Assembly (NCBI GenBank): GCA_964270895.1
Contig: OZ185447.1
Length of the DNA: 64,000 nucleotides
Direction: 5' to 3' (one strand)
From: Podarcis filfolensis
Taxonomy: Eukaryota
The notes beneath the pieces were generated by a model. It made no database searches and was not told the origin of the DNA. It saw nothing but the letters and a program-made list of their open reading frames with translations. This document shows, in pieces, positions 11,560-23,980 of this stretch; position 1 is the first letter of the stretch; each line of letters opens with the position of its first letter. The position numbers and the translations under genes are program-made.

Positions 11560-12303
11560 TCTCTGTATACCTGAAGGAGCATCTCCACCCCCATCACTCT
11601 GCCCACACACTGAGGTCCAGCTCCGAGGGTCTTCTGGTGGTTCCCTCCCTGCGAGAAGTGAAGCTACAGGGAACCAGGCAGAGGGCCTTTTTGGTAGTGG
11701 CACCCTCCCTGTGGAATGCCCTCCCATCAGATGTCAAGGAAATAAACAACTAACTGACTTTTAGAAGACATCTGAAGGCAGCCCTGTATTGGGAAGTTTG
11801 TTTTAAAAAAAAAAATTATTAAGCAATTTCAACATAACAAACCATATAATCACATACATTATTTTTCCCCTTTCCCCCCCTCTTCCATCCCTCCCTCCCC
11901 CCCCCCCCGAACCAGGGACTTCCCTCAACTCTCCTCTCTGATTTCTCTCCACATATTATTCTCTGCATGTTATAAAATTATACTTATCCTTGCCTTATCT
12001 AGCTATCATGTTCTCAACCAATCAATTTGTGTATGTTTATTCAAAACCTGCCAAGGAGTCCAATTCATTTTGTTGTCTCTTTAAATAATTTGTAAAAAGT
12101 TCCCATTCTTCCTTAAAGTCACAGTTGTCCTTATCCCGCAGTTTGTATGTCAATTTAGCCAACTCTGCATAGCTCATCAATTTTTCTTGCCATTGTTCTT
12201 TCGTTGGGATTTCCTCATTCTTCTGTATTGGGAAGTTTTTAATGTTTGATGTTTTATTCTGTTGGGAGCCTCCGAGAGTGGGTGGGGTATAAATAATAAA
12301 GTA

Positions 12304-12351
<48 letters not shown>

Positions 12352-12380
12352 CATCATCATCATCATCATCACCATCATCA
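11560..12380 (+). mobile_element. L2 3' fragment split by an L1 insertion
   Basis: L2 11560-11799 resumes at 12224 and ends in (ATT)n(CAT)n. Confidence 0.85.
11800..12223 (-). mobile_element. 5'-truncated L1 with 15-bp TSD
   Basis: EIPTKEQWQEKLMSYAELAKLTYKLRDKDNCDFKEEWELFTNYLK; TSD TGTATTGGGAAGTTT at 11785-11799 and 12224-12238. Confidence 0.85.
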
Positions 12381-12659
12381 TCTGGAAAGAGGCAGAGTCA
12401 TATGAGGAAGAGGGGACAGTGGGGAAAGAAATAGGGGGTCTGGTGGGTTGGAGAAAAAACAGAAAGGTGCTCAGTCTGTGCCTCTAGCACCAGGGCAGGT
12501 TGGGTCTCCAGGTGTTTTGGGACTACAAACTCCCATCATCCCTAGCTAGCAGGACCAGTGGTCAGGGGCGATGCACACATTCCCTTATAATGTACTAAGT
12601 AAATTTCCCAACTTGAATTTGTATGCAGTGAGATCCCCTTTTCATAAACCTTAAGGTTT

Positions 12660-13250
12660 CATAAACCTTAAATGCAGAGATTTAGTATTTTTATTATTAT
12701 CTGCTGCCCGATTAACAATAGCCCAATACTGGAAACAACCTGCAGTTTTATGAGAGTATATATTTAAAGAAAATGAATAAATGAGCAAAATAGGTTAATT
12801 TGGATATGCAGAAGATATTAAAAATAAATTCAAGGAACCACAGAAAGAGGGGGAAGGAAGTCAAGTTTTTAAATGTCAAAATGATTGTAAAATTAATGAA
12901 GTGTATAAAATTAGTGAAATGTATAAACTTGAAAAGTATAAATACTTTTTTTATTAAAAAAACAACCTACAGAAATCCCCATTGAAATCTGGGTAAATAA
13001 TATTTGGAATATGGCTCTATCAGGATGCCTTACTCGCCACAGAAGGGCAATTTAAAGGCACTTCAAGAATAGACCCTTTTGGCAAGACTTGGCATCCATT
13101 CGTTTCCTTTATAAATGAGACAGAAGATGCTTTTATAATGCATAAATAAACACCTTGCTTGTCTACTGCATATTAAACTTAATGGACAAGTTACTGTGGT
13201 TATATGTTGTTCTTGTATTTACATTAAAGCCAATAAAAATTATTTGGAGG
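12660..13250 (+). mobile_element. Two degraded L1 3' fragments
   Basis: FLLLSAARLTIAQYWKQP and DPFGKTWHPFVSFINE resemble L1 ORF2 C-termini. Confidence 0.55.
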
Positions 13251-13989
13251 GGGAATAAAAGCATATTTGAACAACATTCCTTTTTGTTCAAGCTCTTTGT
13301 CAGAGAAGTTTCGGGACAAAGTATGGTCATCTTTGGAGTCTCTGAGATTGAAGTCTGGAATGTTAGTGTTTTAGATACCAACTTTGCAGCAATTCTAGGC
13401 CTGACTGAATGTTTAGCTATATGCTCCCCATACCCTAGAGATCCAGAATTAGTGTTAAAAAAAACCCAAACCATTGGGTTTTTTTATTATCTGGGAAGAA
13501 CAGAGCAGTGGAGATAATGGTGTCACCCTAATTCTGGCCAAGAAAAAAAAGATACTCTGGCTTTAAATTTTCAAATGACTCATCGTGCCTCACCCCAGAG
13601 TGGGAGGACTCGGTTATGAATGCCGCACGCTTCACATCTCTTTTATGGCTGAGAGTATATTGCTAATCCTCTCTGGCATTACAGATTTTGAAAGGTTCCA
13701 TTCATCTAAACACAAACATTAGTCATTCAGCCCCACAGGAAGTGGAGCAAAGGACTCTCTATCTCTGTGCGGTGCTGACTCAGACCCATTCTCTCCCCCC
13801 ATGACCCAGGACAGCAGAAAGAGAAGTCCAGTGTGTTACAGCTGATGGAAGAGTCGCCAAATGACTCCACTTCACCACCTCCTGCCCCATATTCCTCACT
13901 TCAGTTGTGCAATATCTGGCACTCCCCAGACTGCAGTTGGGTAACTGTTCACGTGCTCCTTGGAAAAACATAACATTATCGTCTGCAAG

Positions 13990-14640
13990 GTGGAGCCCTT
14001 GAAGGACAAATCAACCCACTCATATGGACAAGGTGGAACGTGTGCAGAGGAGGGCGACCAAGATGATCAAGGGTCTGGAAGCCTAGCCTTAGTATAAGGA
14101 ACGGTTGAGGGAGCTGGGTCTGTTTAGCCTGGGGGGAAAGGAGAGTTGAGAGGCGATACGATAGCCATCTTCAAATATCTCAAGAACTTGTTTTCTCCTG
14201 CTCTGCAGGCTAGGACTCGAACCAATGGCTTCAAGTTCCAAAAAGAAGAAGAGTTTGGATTTGATATCCCACTTTATCACTACCCTAAGGAGTCTCAAAG
14301 CAGCTAACATTCTCCTTTCCCTTCCTCCCCCACAACAAACACTCTGTGAGGTGAGCAAGGCTGAGAGACTTCAGAGAAGTGTGACTGGCCCAAGGTCACC
14401 CAGCAGCTGCATGTGGAGGAGCGGGGAAGCAAACCCGGTTCACCAGATTACGAGTCTACCGCTCTTAACCACTACACCACACCAAATAAACATCAGGAAG
14501 AACTTTCTGACGGTAAGAGCTGTTTGACAGTGGAACAGACTCCTATGAGAGGTGGTGGACGTTCCTTCCTTGGAGGTTTTTGAACACCTGTTGAGATTCC
14601 TGTATTCCTCAGGGTCCCTTCCAACTCTACAGTTCTGTGG
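13990..14640 (+). mobile_element. CR1 LINE 3' fragment interrupted by a SINE
   Basis: GTGCAGAGGAGGGCGACCAAGATGATCAAGGGTCTGGAA...GGGTCCCTTCCAACTCTACAGTTCTGTG CR1 signature. Confidence 0.8.
14246..14482 (-). mobile_element. MIR/CORE-like tRNA-derived SINE
   Basis: Head GTGTGGTGTAGTGGTTAAGAGC, core GCTGGGTGACCTTGGGCCAGTCAC; near-identical copy at 19551-19790 and related one at about 28790-28975. Confidence 0.8.
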
Positions 14641-17600
14641 TTCCAGGATACTGAAATGACCTCTGCATGTGACTGGACTGAAACATCGTGCCTCACTGGG
14701 ACACAACAAGTCAGCAGCAAACAAACAAAAACAGCAGGAAGTCCCCTTGTGGGGTGGAGACTTCATATTGCTTTTCGGATGAACCCACTGGTTTCTCTTG
14801 AAAGGATCTGGACAGCAAAAGCCTGGTGGGAACAGAAAGGCAAGACCCAAAATACCAGCAAAGGATTTAATCTCTGTCGATGGCTGGGTCATGAATGTTA
14901 ACTATAATTTTTACAGGGGTTCTGGCAGAACCAAGTAATCTGGTTCTCATTATTGCAAATAAATATATTTTCCCGCATCGTCAGAGTAATAAAAAAGTCC
15001 TGGCGAAATAAATCACATGAAGTAACATTATGCTACTAAGAACATGGATTTATCATTGTTCCTCTCCGCCCCCCCCAAAAAAAATAAATCCCAGTACATT
15101 TTTCCCCATTTGCTTCTCAAGAAAAGGTGAGAGTGCCCACAGCGATGGCTGGTGCCCATCAGGGCTGGTAGGGTGGAATGCAGGGACGCCAACTGTAGGT
15201 GTAGCCAGAGCCAATGAGAGGCGGAGCCAACCACTTTTCTCCCCATGCTCATCCCTGTTGAGTTGGGGGGGGGCAGTGCCTCATATACCCTCAAGGACCA
15301 GCCTCCACTGAGGGCAAGCCATGTGGGGCTCATCTTGAGCTATGTCCAGTCTCTACCCCTCAATATCTGCCACCTGAGGCAGCCGCCGTCTCTCTGCCTA
15401 ATGTTAGGGCCGGCCCCGACTGCAGAGCATCAAAGCGGCAGTGCCCCACAACAGACTAGATGTGTTTCAAGGAAGGACCAAGACTTGAAGGTGGTCAATA
15501 AACCAAGTATCAGAGCCAAAAGGGTGGTGGCATGGAGAAAAATCCTGCGCCTCAAAAACAACGTCCTGAACCAAAGCTGTTTTTGCTTTATATTTGGGAA
15601 GAACAGGTTTACAGCTCAGGTTCCTCTGCTTCTTGTCTTCCACACCCCAGATCTCTTTCCGCTGTGAAGAATTAGCTCCTTTTCACAGCACCTGAGATGG
15701 AATGAGCACTCGTAGAAGCAGCATATTGCTGGCGTGTTAAGATGAGCCACACACAAGACAAAGCAGGTTTTTCCTGCCTGTTTTATCTTTATTTCTACCC
15801 TGCCTCCTGGCATACTGCGTTTGAACGTGAATCGGAACTGATGGATTCCTCGGAATTTGGCAAGTTAACCGAAGGCTTCCTAGATCCATTTCCTGCCGTG
15901 TTAATCAAAGTATTGTCATCACATTTATTGACTAACCTTCACCAGAAAGTGCCACAGCAGGTTACAATTTGGAATTAAAAACTAAGCACAGCTGAAACAG
16001 ATTGCCGTCACAGGAATTGGGTGGGTCTTGAAAACACACATCTCAGATGCCAAAGAGATGCCTCTTCAGCACTGGCCAAAAGATGTGTAGGGGAAAAGCC
16101 AGATACACCTTTGTGGGGAAGGAATTCCACAGAAAATGTCCTCTCCTGGTCCATTCCCACCCCTCTGATGATCTTAACACCTGGGAGGGTCTGTAAGGAA
16201 GGGACCAGTCTTTTAAGATATTTCAGGACTCCCATTTCAGAATCCGATTGCATTTCAAACATGCCATTTTCACTTGCGATCTTTTTGGCATTTAGGGCTG
16301 CACAACTGAGGGCTTATGCCTGGGTTTCTGAGAAGGCAGAATTTTGCTGTATTGGTGGGGGAGCAGCACAAGAGTTTAAAGATGTCAATCCCAATGGTGC
16401 TCAGGTGAGAAGACCTGGCATAAGCCGCCAGCCACTCTCCGCTTTCATCATCCCCGTTTGCAGAATAGGAACATTTTAAAAGTCTGACTTCAGGCCTATA
16501 AACTTTGCACCATTTCCGCCATATGCATCCCTCCCAAAGGGGCTTGTCCACACAGGTCTCCAGTTTCAGTAAAACAGCAGCTGTCCCATTTAGGCCTCAC
16601 TGAGCTCAGGTGAGATTTTTACCAACTCCACCTGGGCTGGTGAGGCATCTCCCAGCTGATATGCAAAAATTTCCACCCACCTATAATCTACGCAGCTGGT
16701 AGATTGATGTGAACTGTTTTGATCCTCCCCTGTTGCCAGGCTACTACACTGCAGGAACTAATCGCAGCCAGTGCTGGCGTCTGAATCAAAATATAGGTCG
16801 ATCATTGCCATGCCAGGCGGAAGGCAGTCCGTGCCTGTAAAAGGAGCACCAGGGGAGACTTCACTAGCCATGTTGTCTTGGCCAGTCAAAGAGACTATAG
16901 GCTAGAATAGAGTGGGGGGGGGGGGCGTTGTGGCACTCCAGATACTGATGGACTACAATCCCCATCATTCCTGATCACAGGCTATGCTGGCTGAGGCTCA
17001 TGGGAGCTGGAGTCCAGTAACAGCTGGAAGGTCACAGGTTCCCCATCCCTGGGCTTGACTGGGAATGTTTACTAAGGAGCCAAGAAAGCATTTAGTCAGT
17101 GCATGGATTTCTGCTTGTGGATTAGATGAGCCTTTGGGTCCCCCTTCCAGCTCTAGGATTCTATAATAGGATTTTTCCACCACTCCCTTCCCTCGCAAGT
17201 CCCCTAAATGTAGCATTGGGATTTCTTCAAAAAAAAAACAACAGAGCAGATCTGGGTACAGAAAAATTGTGCAAGCAGGAATCCTTGGGTAGATGGGATG
17301 CTTACATAGAGCTGCATTGAATACAAGCCTAAATGCTCAGTTTAGGCAACAGGGGGAACTATGGTGCAAAGCATGCAAGCCCACATGGGGGGCAGGATGT
17401 CTCTGAAAACCAGTTGCTGGGAATCAGAACTGGGGAGAGCTGGTGTTGTGCTCGGGTCCTGTTTTTGGGCTTCCCACAGGCATCTGGCTGGGCCCTGTGA
17501 GAACAGGCATCAGATGGATAGCTCCATTGGTTATGGTGTCCAAACTTTTTTCAAAGAGGGCCAGATTTGATGAAGTGAAGGGCCCTGGGGGCCGACCAAA

Positions 17601-18021
17601 GTTGTTGGGTTTTTTTTAATGTATTTTTATTAAAGATTTTCTTAGTTTACAAAATATGTGCAATTTCTGTCTCTCTCTTTTCTGCAAGTAACATTTTTTA
17701 CAGATCAGTTTCATTTGTTTAGGAAGAAGGGGGAAAGGGGGGGAAGATGGGGGGGTCGGGTGGCGATGTTTCTATTGTACTTAATATATGTGGGGTTTTG
17801 TGTCAGCGTCGCTTATGCGAAATAAACTGCCACAGGGGCCAGATTAAACCGACCGGCAGGCTTTAGGCAGGATTAGGCCCCCGAAATGGACTTTGGACAT
17901 GCCTGATTTCCTCACTTGCTGACTGCGATGACACTGGGAGAGGATCCTGGCTGAAATCCTGGAGCTGCCAGTCAGTGCCACTCAGGATTACGCCTCTGAA
18001 ACAGACTTTGGACATGCCTGG

Positions 18022-18140
18022 ACTTAGAGCATGGTGCCGATAATGACAAGGTTGCAGGTTTGATCCCCGCATGGGGCAGCTGCATATTGCAGGGGGTTGG
18101 ACTAGATGCTCCTCAGGGTCCCTTGCAACTCTACGATTCG
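18022..18140 (+). mobile_element. tRNA(Ile-like)-headed SINE with CR1-like tail
   Basis: AGAGCATGGTGCCGATAATGACAAGGTTGCAGGTTTGATCCCC then TTGCAGGGGGTTGGACTAGATG...CTCTACGATTC; minus-strand relative at about 25020-25165. Confidence 0.65.
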
Positions 18141-18571
18141 AGGAAGCTGAACGAGATCGGCCACTGGCCTCATCCAACAGGGCCCTTTTTACATGCTAGT
18201 AATCCTACAGGAAACAAGGAAAGACACAATACAAACACTGCACCACTCCGGCTTTTTATAAATCACAATTTTAATAGAAAGTTTAATGACAAAAATCATC
18301 ACGAGATGGCACCATCGCTTTGGAGAAAATCCACCACACACAGCCAGCAGCACTCAAGACTCGGACTAAAGACAATGTACACACAACAGACACACACAAG
18401 AATCCATTTCAACTCTGACCTCTGAATCTTCAGAGGTGCGTTTTCTATCTCCACCCAGCTAACCAAGCACAGAAAGGATCCGAAAATCAACCCTGCGATC
18501 TGGCCAAAATCCCAACCCTCACCCCTTTGTAGGAAAATGCAACTGGGGGTGAGGTTACCCTTGACAGAGGG

Positions 18572-18614
<43 letters not shown>

Positions 18615-19550
18615 ACATCATTGGTTTCTCTTGATGCCGCAGGAATAGCTGAACCCAAAATAATCTCAGTTCAAGTAAACAAGGCCCCAGTTTAATGTTC
18701 CAATGCAGTCCTGGGCTGCAGAGTTTTCCTAGTGGGCCACAATGAACCAAGAGGGAAGGTCACCTTTGCTATGCAATGTTCACGGTTCCATTGGGTGGGG
18801 GGCAGAAGAGAGATCTCTGCCACCGGCACCCCAAATGTGGAATTCTCATCTAGACAGGCGTGTTGAAAACAAGTAACGTCTTCTAGAGCTCAGCTTACAT
18901 AAACGAGGCCTCAAGGCCTGCTGCACACAAGGGAAGACGGCTGGCTAAGGCACTCCTGGAAATCTGGGGCACCCTCGTCTTGGTGAAAACAGGACCATCA
19001 CCACCCTACGTTCGCGGCCACACTGCATCCTCCGGGACTGGAGACTCTCAACACGGCAGAGCAGCTCCTGGGGAAGGGGAAAGTCTGGCTCCTCCATAGC
19101 GAATTTGGCGCCACGGTCTCATGGGAAGAAACGGCTAGTGGGCTGGCAAGATGGCAGCTCCAGAGGCCTTCTTGGTGACTAGGCCTACCTGTTGCAGCCA
19201 AATGGAAGCCACCTGAAACCATCTTCATATGAGACTCGCACACAGGATAAGAGCAGCCGGCCAGGCAAGTTAGCGGAGGGTGCAGGAACTTCCATTAGCT
19301 CAGTTGTGCATGCAGAAGGTCCCAGGTTCAGATCTGATTTCAAATCCAGCTGGGGACCACCACTCCACCTGAAACCCTGGACAGCCGCTGCCAATCAGTG
19401 TGGACAATACTGGGCTAAAGGGACCGATGCTCAATAACAAGGCAAGGCAACTCCCTAGGCTTCTAACTCACCCCTCCGGAAGGGGATCCACGGCTGCTGC
19501 GTGGAGAGGCGGGCACCATGTCCTGAGCCATCTTCCACATAGCAGCCGCA

Positions 19551-19790
19551 GAAGAGGAGGAGTTTGGATTTGATATTCCGCTTTATCACTACCCGAAGGA
19601 GTCTCAAAGTGGCTAACAATCTCCTTTTCCCTTCCTCCTCCACAACAAACACTCTGTGAGGTGAGTGAGGCTGAGAGACTTCTAAGAAGTGTGACTAGCC
19701 CAAGGTCACCCAGCAGCTGCATGTGGAGGAGCGGGGAATCAAACCCTGTTCCCCAGATTATGAGTCTACTGCTATTAACCAATACATCAC
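19551..19790 (-). mobile_element. MIR/CORE-like SINE
   Basis: High identity to 14246-14482. Confidence 0.8.
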
Positions 19791-20999
19791 CCTGGCTCCC
19801 AAGACACACCTTCACCTGATGCAGGAAGGCAGGCATTTTAGACAGAGCCAGGAAAGAGGTCCCAAAGCGGAGGAATGGCAGGGAATTGCAACTCCCCGTC
19901 AGCCAAAGGCCAGAGACGATGGGAGTTGTAGTCCAGCAACACCAGAAGAGCCCATAATTTCTGCATGTCTGCTGAGGGCGGTTCAGGGTTCAATCCCTGC
20001 CATTTCCAGTTAAAAGGAACCCTGCACAATTCCCCCCAAGATCTTGGGAGATGTATCCCAAGGTCAGAATGCACAGCGCCAAGCTAGACAAGCCCCCTTA
20101 TCAATATTAAGGCAGCTCCTTCTGTAAGGTGGCTGCCACCAACTTAGATGGCTTTCAAAGAGGATGAGGCAATAATTTGTGGAACGTAAGGCTGTCAGTG
20201 ACTGCCAACCGCATGGGCTGGCTAGCTTATTCCTCTGCTGCGAGAGGCAACATGCCCTTGAATGCTGAGAATCGCTGTTGCGCTTGTGTCGTTCTTGAGA
20301 GCTTCCTGTAGGCGTCTGATTGGCCGCTGTGAGAACAGGATGCTGGGCTGATCCAATAGGGCCCATCTTACCTCCTTATTCCCACCCACCCCTTTCCCCG
20401 CAACAGGGCGATCCTCTCATACGATCCAGCGCTTTCAACACACTTTTTACAAAAGGCAAAGCGTACTATGGCTGCGCATTTGGCACTCGTGTTTCTCGCC
20501 CGTCATCAGTAAACGTGGAAAAAAGAAAACGTGTTTACACGGATGCTCGCCCCTCAAACAGTGTGAGGAGAGAGGTGTCCGGTTCTCAGGCCATGAGGCA
20601 AAAGGAAAACACAGTGAGGGGTCAGGAAGGCGTTCCCTCAGCAGGTAATGGACAACAGGTAAGACAACAGGTAATGGATCCACCTTTTAGTGTTGTCGGC
20701 TGAGGTTGTTACCTGAACAGCTTTCATTCTTGCGTCCTGCAACACACCCGAACAGGAGGGACAGGGGTGTTGCCTGGGCCACCCTCAGACCTTTTTTGTA
20801 GAAAGTCCAAACACCAGCTCAACCCAGCTGGTGCTTTGAAAAAAAAGGAAGGAAGGAAGGAAAAAGGCAGGCACTGCGGTGACGTTCCCAGCCAGAGTCG
20901 CCAAGAAGGCCGTGAAGAAGACCCAAGCGGGGATCAGACTTTATCGCACCCAGCCGAAACGAAACAGGAGGAAGACAGCGGAAGGGAGAGGCAACTTTT

Positions 21000-21153
21000 T
21001 CAGGCGTCCTGCAGGTCTGGAATGTCAGAGAGGATCATGGGAGAGCCCAGCTGCAGTTCCTGCTGGAGGGATTCCATGTCGGCGGGGTTCATGCGATGGA
21101 CTTCCAGCCAGTCGGCGAGGAGGGAGGCCGAGAGAGGGGCAGAGTCACCTTGA
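21000..21153 (-). CDS. MAPK7: MAPK7 (ERK5) last coding exon
   Basis: QGDSAPLSASLLADWLEVHRMNPADMESLQQELQLGSPMILSDIPDLQDA-stop matches the ERK5 C-terminal tail; TAG acceptor. Confidence 0.93.
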
Positions 21154-22625
21154 CTAAGGCAGGAGGAGGAAATTGGGGAACAGGTGAAGGACAAGACAAT
21201 GGGCGAAGGACAAGACAAGGCAGCTGACCAAAAGTGTACCATTTTGCATAATGCTGAGAGCTCTTCATGCAGGAAGGAGGGGATACAAAACAGTCTAGCC
21301 CTGTGCAGTGTAGTGCCCTCTTTGGGGTGCCTAGAGCACAGCCCTTTTTGGCACTTGGCAGATGCTGTAGGACAGGGTTTCTCAAACCTGGGTCTCCATC
21401 CCTAACTGGAAAGACCAGTGGTCAGGGAGTCCAAAAACAGCTGGAGACCCATGTCTGGGAGATCATGCTCTAGGACAATGTTCTTCAACCTTGCGCCTGC
21501 AACAAAAATGTCGCTGGACTACAACTTCCATCGCCCCTGACCACTGGTAAAGGACGATGGGATCTGTAGTCCAAAAACATCCAGAGGCTAAATTAAGATC
21601 AGGGCTTCCCAAACTTTGATCTGCATGTAAATATACAATTAAAAAAATCATACACTAACTAGTGTGATGCACTGCAATTGCTACAACCGGCAGGAAAATT
21701 GTTAAGAGGTCCACCAAGACCCTCAGCAATTTTCAGGTGGTCCATGGAGTAAAAAGCTTGGGGCCCCCCAATTTGGAGCACCTGAATAGTCAGGGCACCA
21801 TCCCTTTTCCTTTGATTGCCTCTTTAAAAGTTTGCAATTTCTATATGCGAGGGAAAGGGAATTTGCAGTCCTGCAGGTGTCATTTGACTAAAGCTCCCAT
21901 CATCCCTGATCACTGGGCCATACGGGTTGGGGCTGAGAGGGGAGGAAGAGACTGCAGAGAAGCAGAACGAATCTGTCTTCACAGCTGAAGATACAGGGCA
22001 GATCCCAGGGCCTGTACTAGCTTTTGCAGGAGGGGAATCCCATCAACAGGAAGGCTCTAGAGAGCAAACGCAATTCTTTTCTTCCTCTAGAGAAGTCACA
22101 CTTTGTTAACTGCTGGTAAGGAAAGAACACAGGGGCAGGATACTGGGGAAAATCCATATATTTCAGGTTACTATCCTACAAATCCAAATGAGGCAAGTTG
22201 CACTGATTTTGGTCAGAGAAGGGGATGCTGAGAGCAGACATTTCTATCTGCAGAGGAAGTTCGGAGTGCTGGAATGTGTAAGCAATAAGCACTGTCTGTC
22301 TGTAGCTAGGAAAAAAGTCTGAAGTGACTCATAATGTGTCATTCCAGAGCTCACAAATGACAAGACTTCTAAGCTTTAATTTAAACCACAGAGTTATCTA
22401 CTGATCATAGAATTCCAAAGCTAAAGGTCCCTTCGCTTTAGCTCTCAGCTGCCTGGCCCTCAGTGATGTCAGAGCAGGTAAGCCAATGGTAGCCGACCAA
22501 TCTGTGGCCACACCCCCACAGCTCCACGGTCTTGAGGGAATAGGTCGTAAGCACACTAGTGAACATCTGTGAGCAAATGGCACATAACTCTGTTCCACTT
22601 ACAAGCCCAGGCAAGCAACTCTTAC

Positions 22626-22753
22626 CTCTCTCTGTTCTCCCCAACCATGTCGAAAGATTGGTTCAGAAATTCTTCCAGGTCAAATCCAACCCCATAGCCA
22701 GCTCCACTGCCTTTTGGGGTGCCAGAGAAAACAGGGGGCAAGAGGTCTTCCAC
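22626..22753 (-). CDS. MAPK7: MAPK7 coding exon 5 (128 bp)
   Basis: VEDLLPPVFSGTPKGSGAGYGVGFDLEEFLNQSFDM, ERK5 transactivation region; CAG acceptor, gtaag donor. Confidence 0.93.
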
Positions 22754-23279
22754 CTGGAATCAAGGAAACAGTGGATTCATTCCTTGTGCAGAGATCAGCT
22801 TATCACAGGTCGTCATCAGGAACCAGCAGAGATCAGTGGACAACATACACAGTAGTAGTCAATATTAATTTTTACGCAGAGTACACCCACTGAAATTAAA
22901 GACTAGCATGACTAAGTCAAGTCCACTAATTTCAAATGGGTCTGCTCTGAGTAAACTTTAGCTGAAAACCATCCACACTCCCCTCTCCCAGGCTACATAG
23001 AGCCAAGAATATTTTTATTTTATTTTTATCACATGTGTATACGGCCCTACATCTGTAAATCTCAGGGCAGTTCACAACAAAAAACTACAATATAAAAAAC
23101 ACAGAATGCATAAAAACAACCATACAAACCAGGGTCCAAATTCAGATAATTTAGTTGTGCTTAAGATCCATTGAAATCAAACAGGGAAAGTTGGCTAAGG
23201 CGATTAAACACTATTAATACTAAACACAATTAATTTAGTCAACACCAGTGTTCTATGGATCTAGGCTACAGAGAATTTA

Positions 23280-23537
23280 CCATATTTTTCGCTCTATAAG
23301 ACGCACCAGACCACAAGACGCACCTAGTTTTTGGAGGAGGAAAACAAGAAAAAAAATATCTGAATCTCAGAAGCCAGAACAGTGAGAGGGATCGCTGCGC
23401 AGTGAAAGCAGCAATCCCTCTTGCTGTTCTGGCTTCTGAGATAGCTGTGCAGCTTGCATTCGCTCCATAAGACGCACACACATTTCCCCTTACTTTTTAG
23501 GAGGGAAAAAGTGAGTCTTATAGACCAAAAAATACGG
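23280..23537. mobile_element. pogo-like MITE, same end family as 4972-5365
   Basis: CCATATTTTTCGC...AAAAAATACGG ends, TA TSD, internal hairpin CTCAGAAGCCAGAACAG/CTGTTCTGGCTTCTGAG. Confidence 0.8.
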
Positions 23538-23980
23538 TAGTTAGTGCAAAACGTTGGCAGCATTAAGATAAATTCAACAGTGTTCACAAGTTTTGATGGA
23601 AGCAATAATGGAATTCTGAATGGTTTAGTTTATATAAAATACGCAGGGATTTATGCTATGCAAAATGAACCATGGAAAGAGATGAAAGGAAGTCATCGGT
23701 GTTTTAAGGTTGTTTAAATAAATGTTCTAAATTGTAACACGGAAAATTTAATAATAAAAAAGTAATAAACAAGAGAGAGAAAGAGAGAATTTAGTTAGTG
23801 AAGCAGTGAGAGGGCGACCGGCATGGATCAAATGAGCTCTTGAGGGGCTGCCTGGAAAAAAATTAGGTGGCCACGACCTCGTTGCCAAGTGACCCCCAGC
23901 TTCTCCAAGCACCAAAAACGAAAAGGGTACCCCCCCCATTTCTCTAGAGAGCAACTAGCAATACAGGAAAAAGGCATCAC

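Noticed and set aside
13155-13517. Overlapping ORFs of 120 and 103 aa
   Set aside because: No domain signature, no compatible splice sites, adjoining degraded L1
20481-20514. Hammerhead-like CUGAUGA...GAAAC in the MAPK7 3' region
   Set aside because: No proper stem II closing pair, G at the cleavage position, and stem I does not pair
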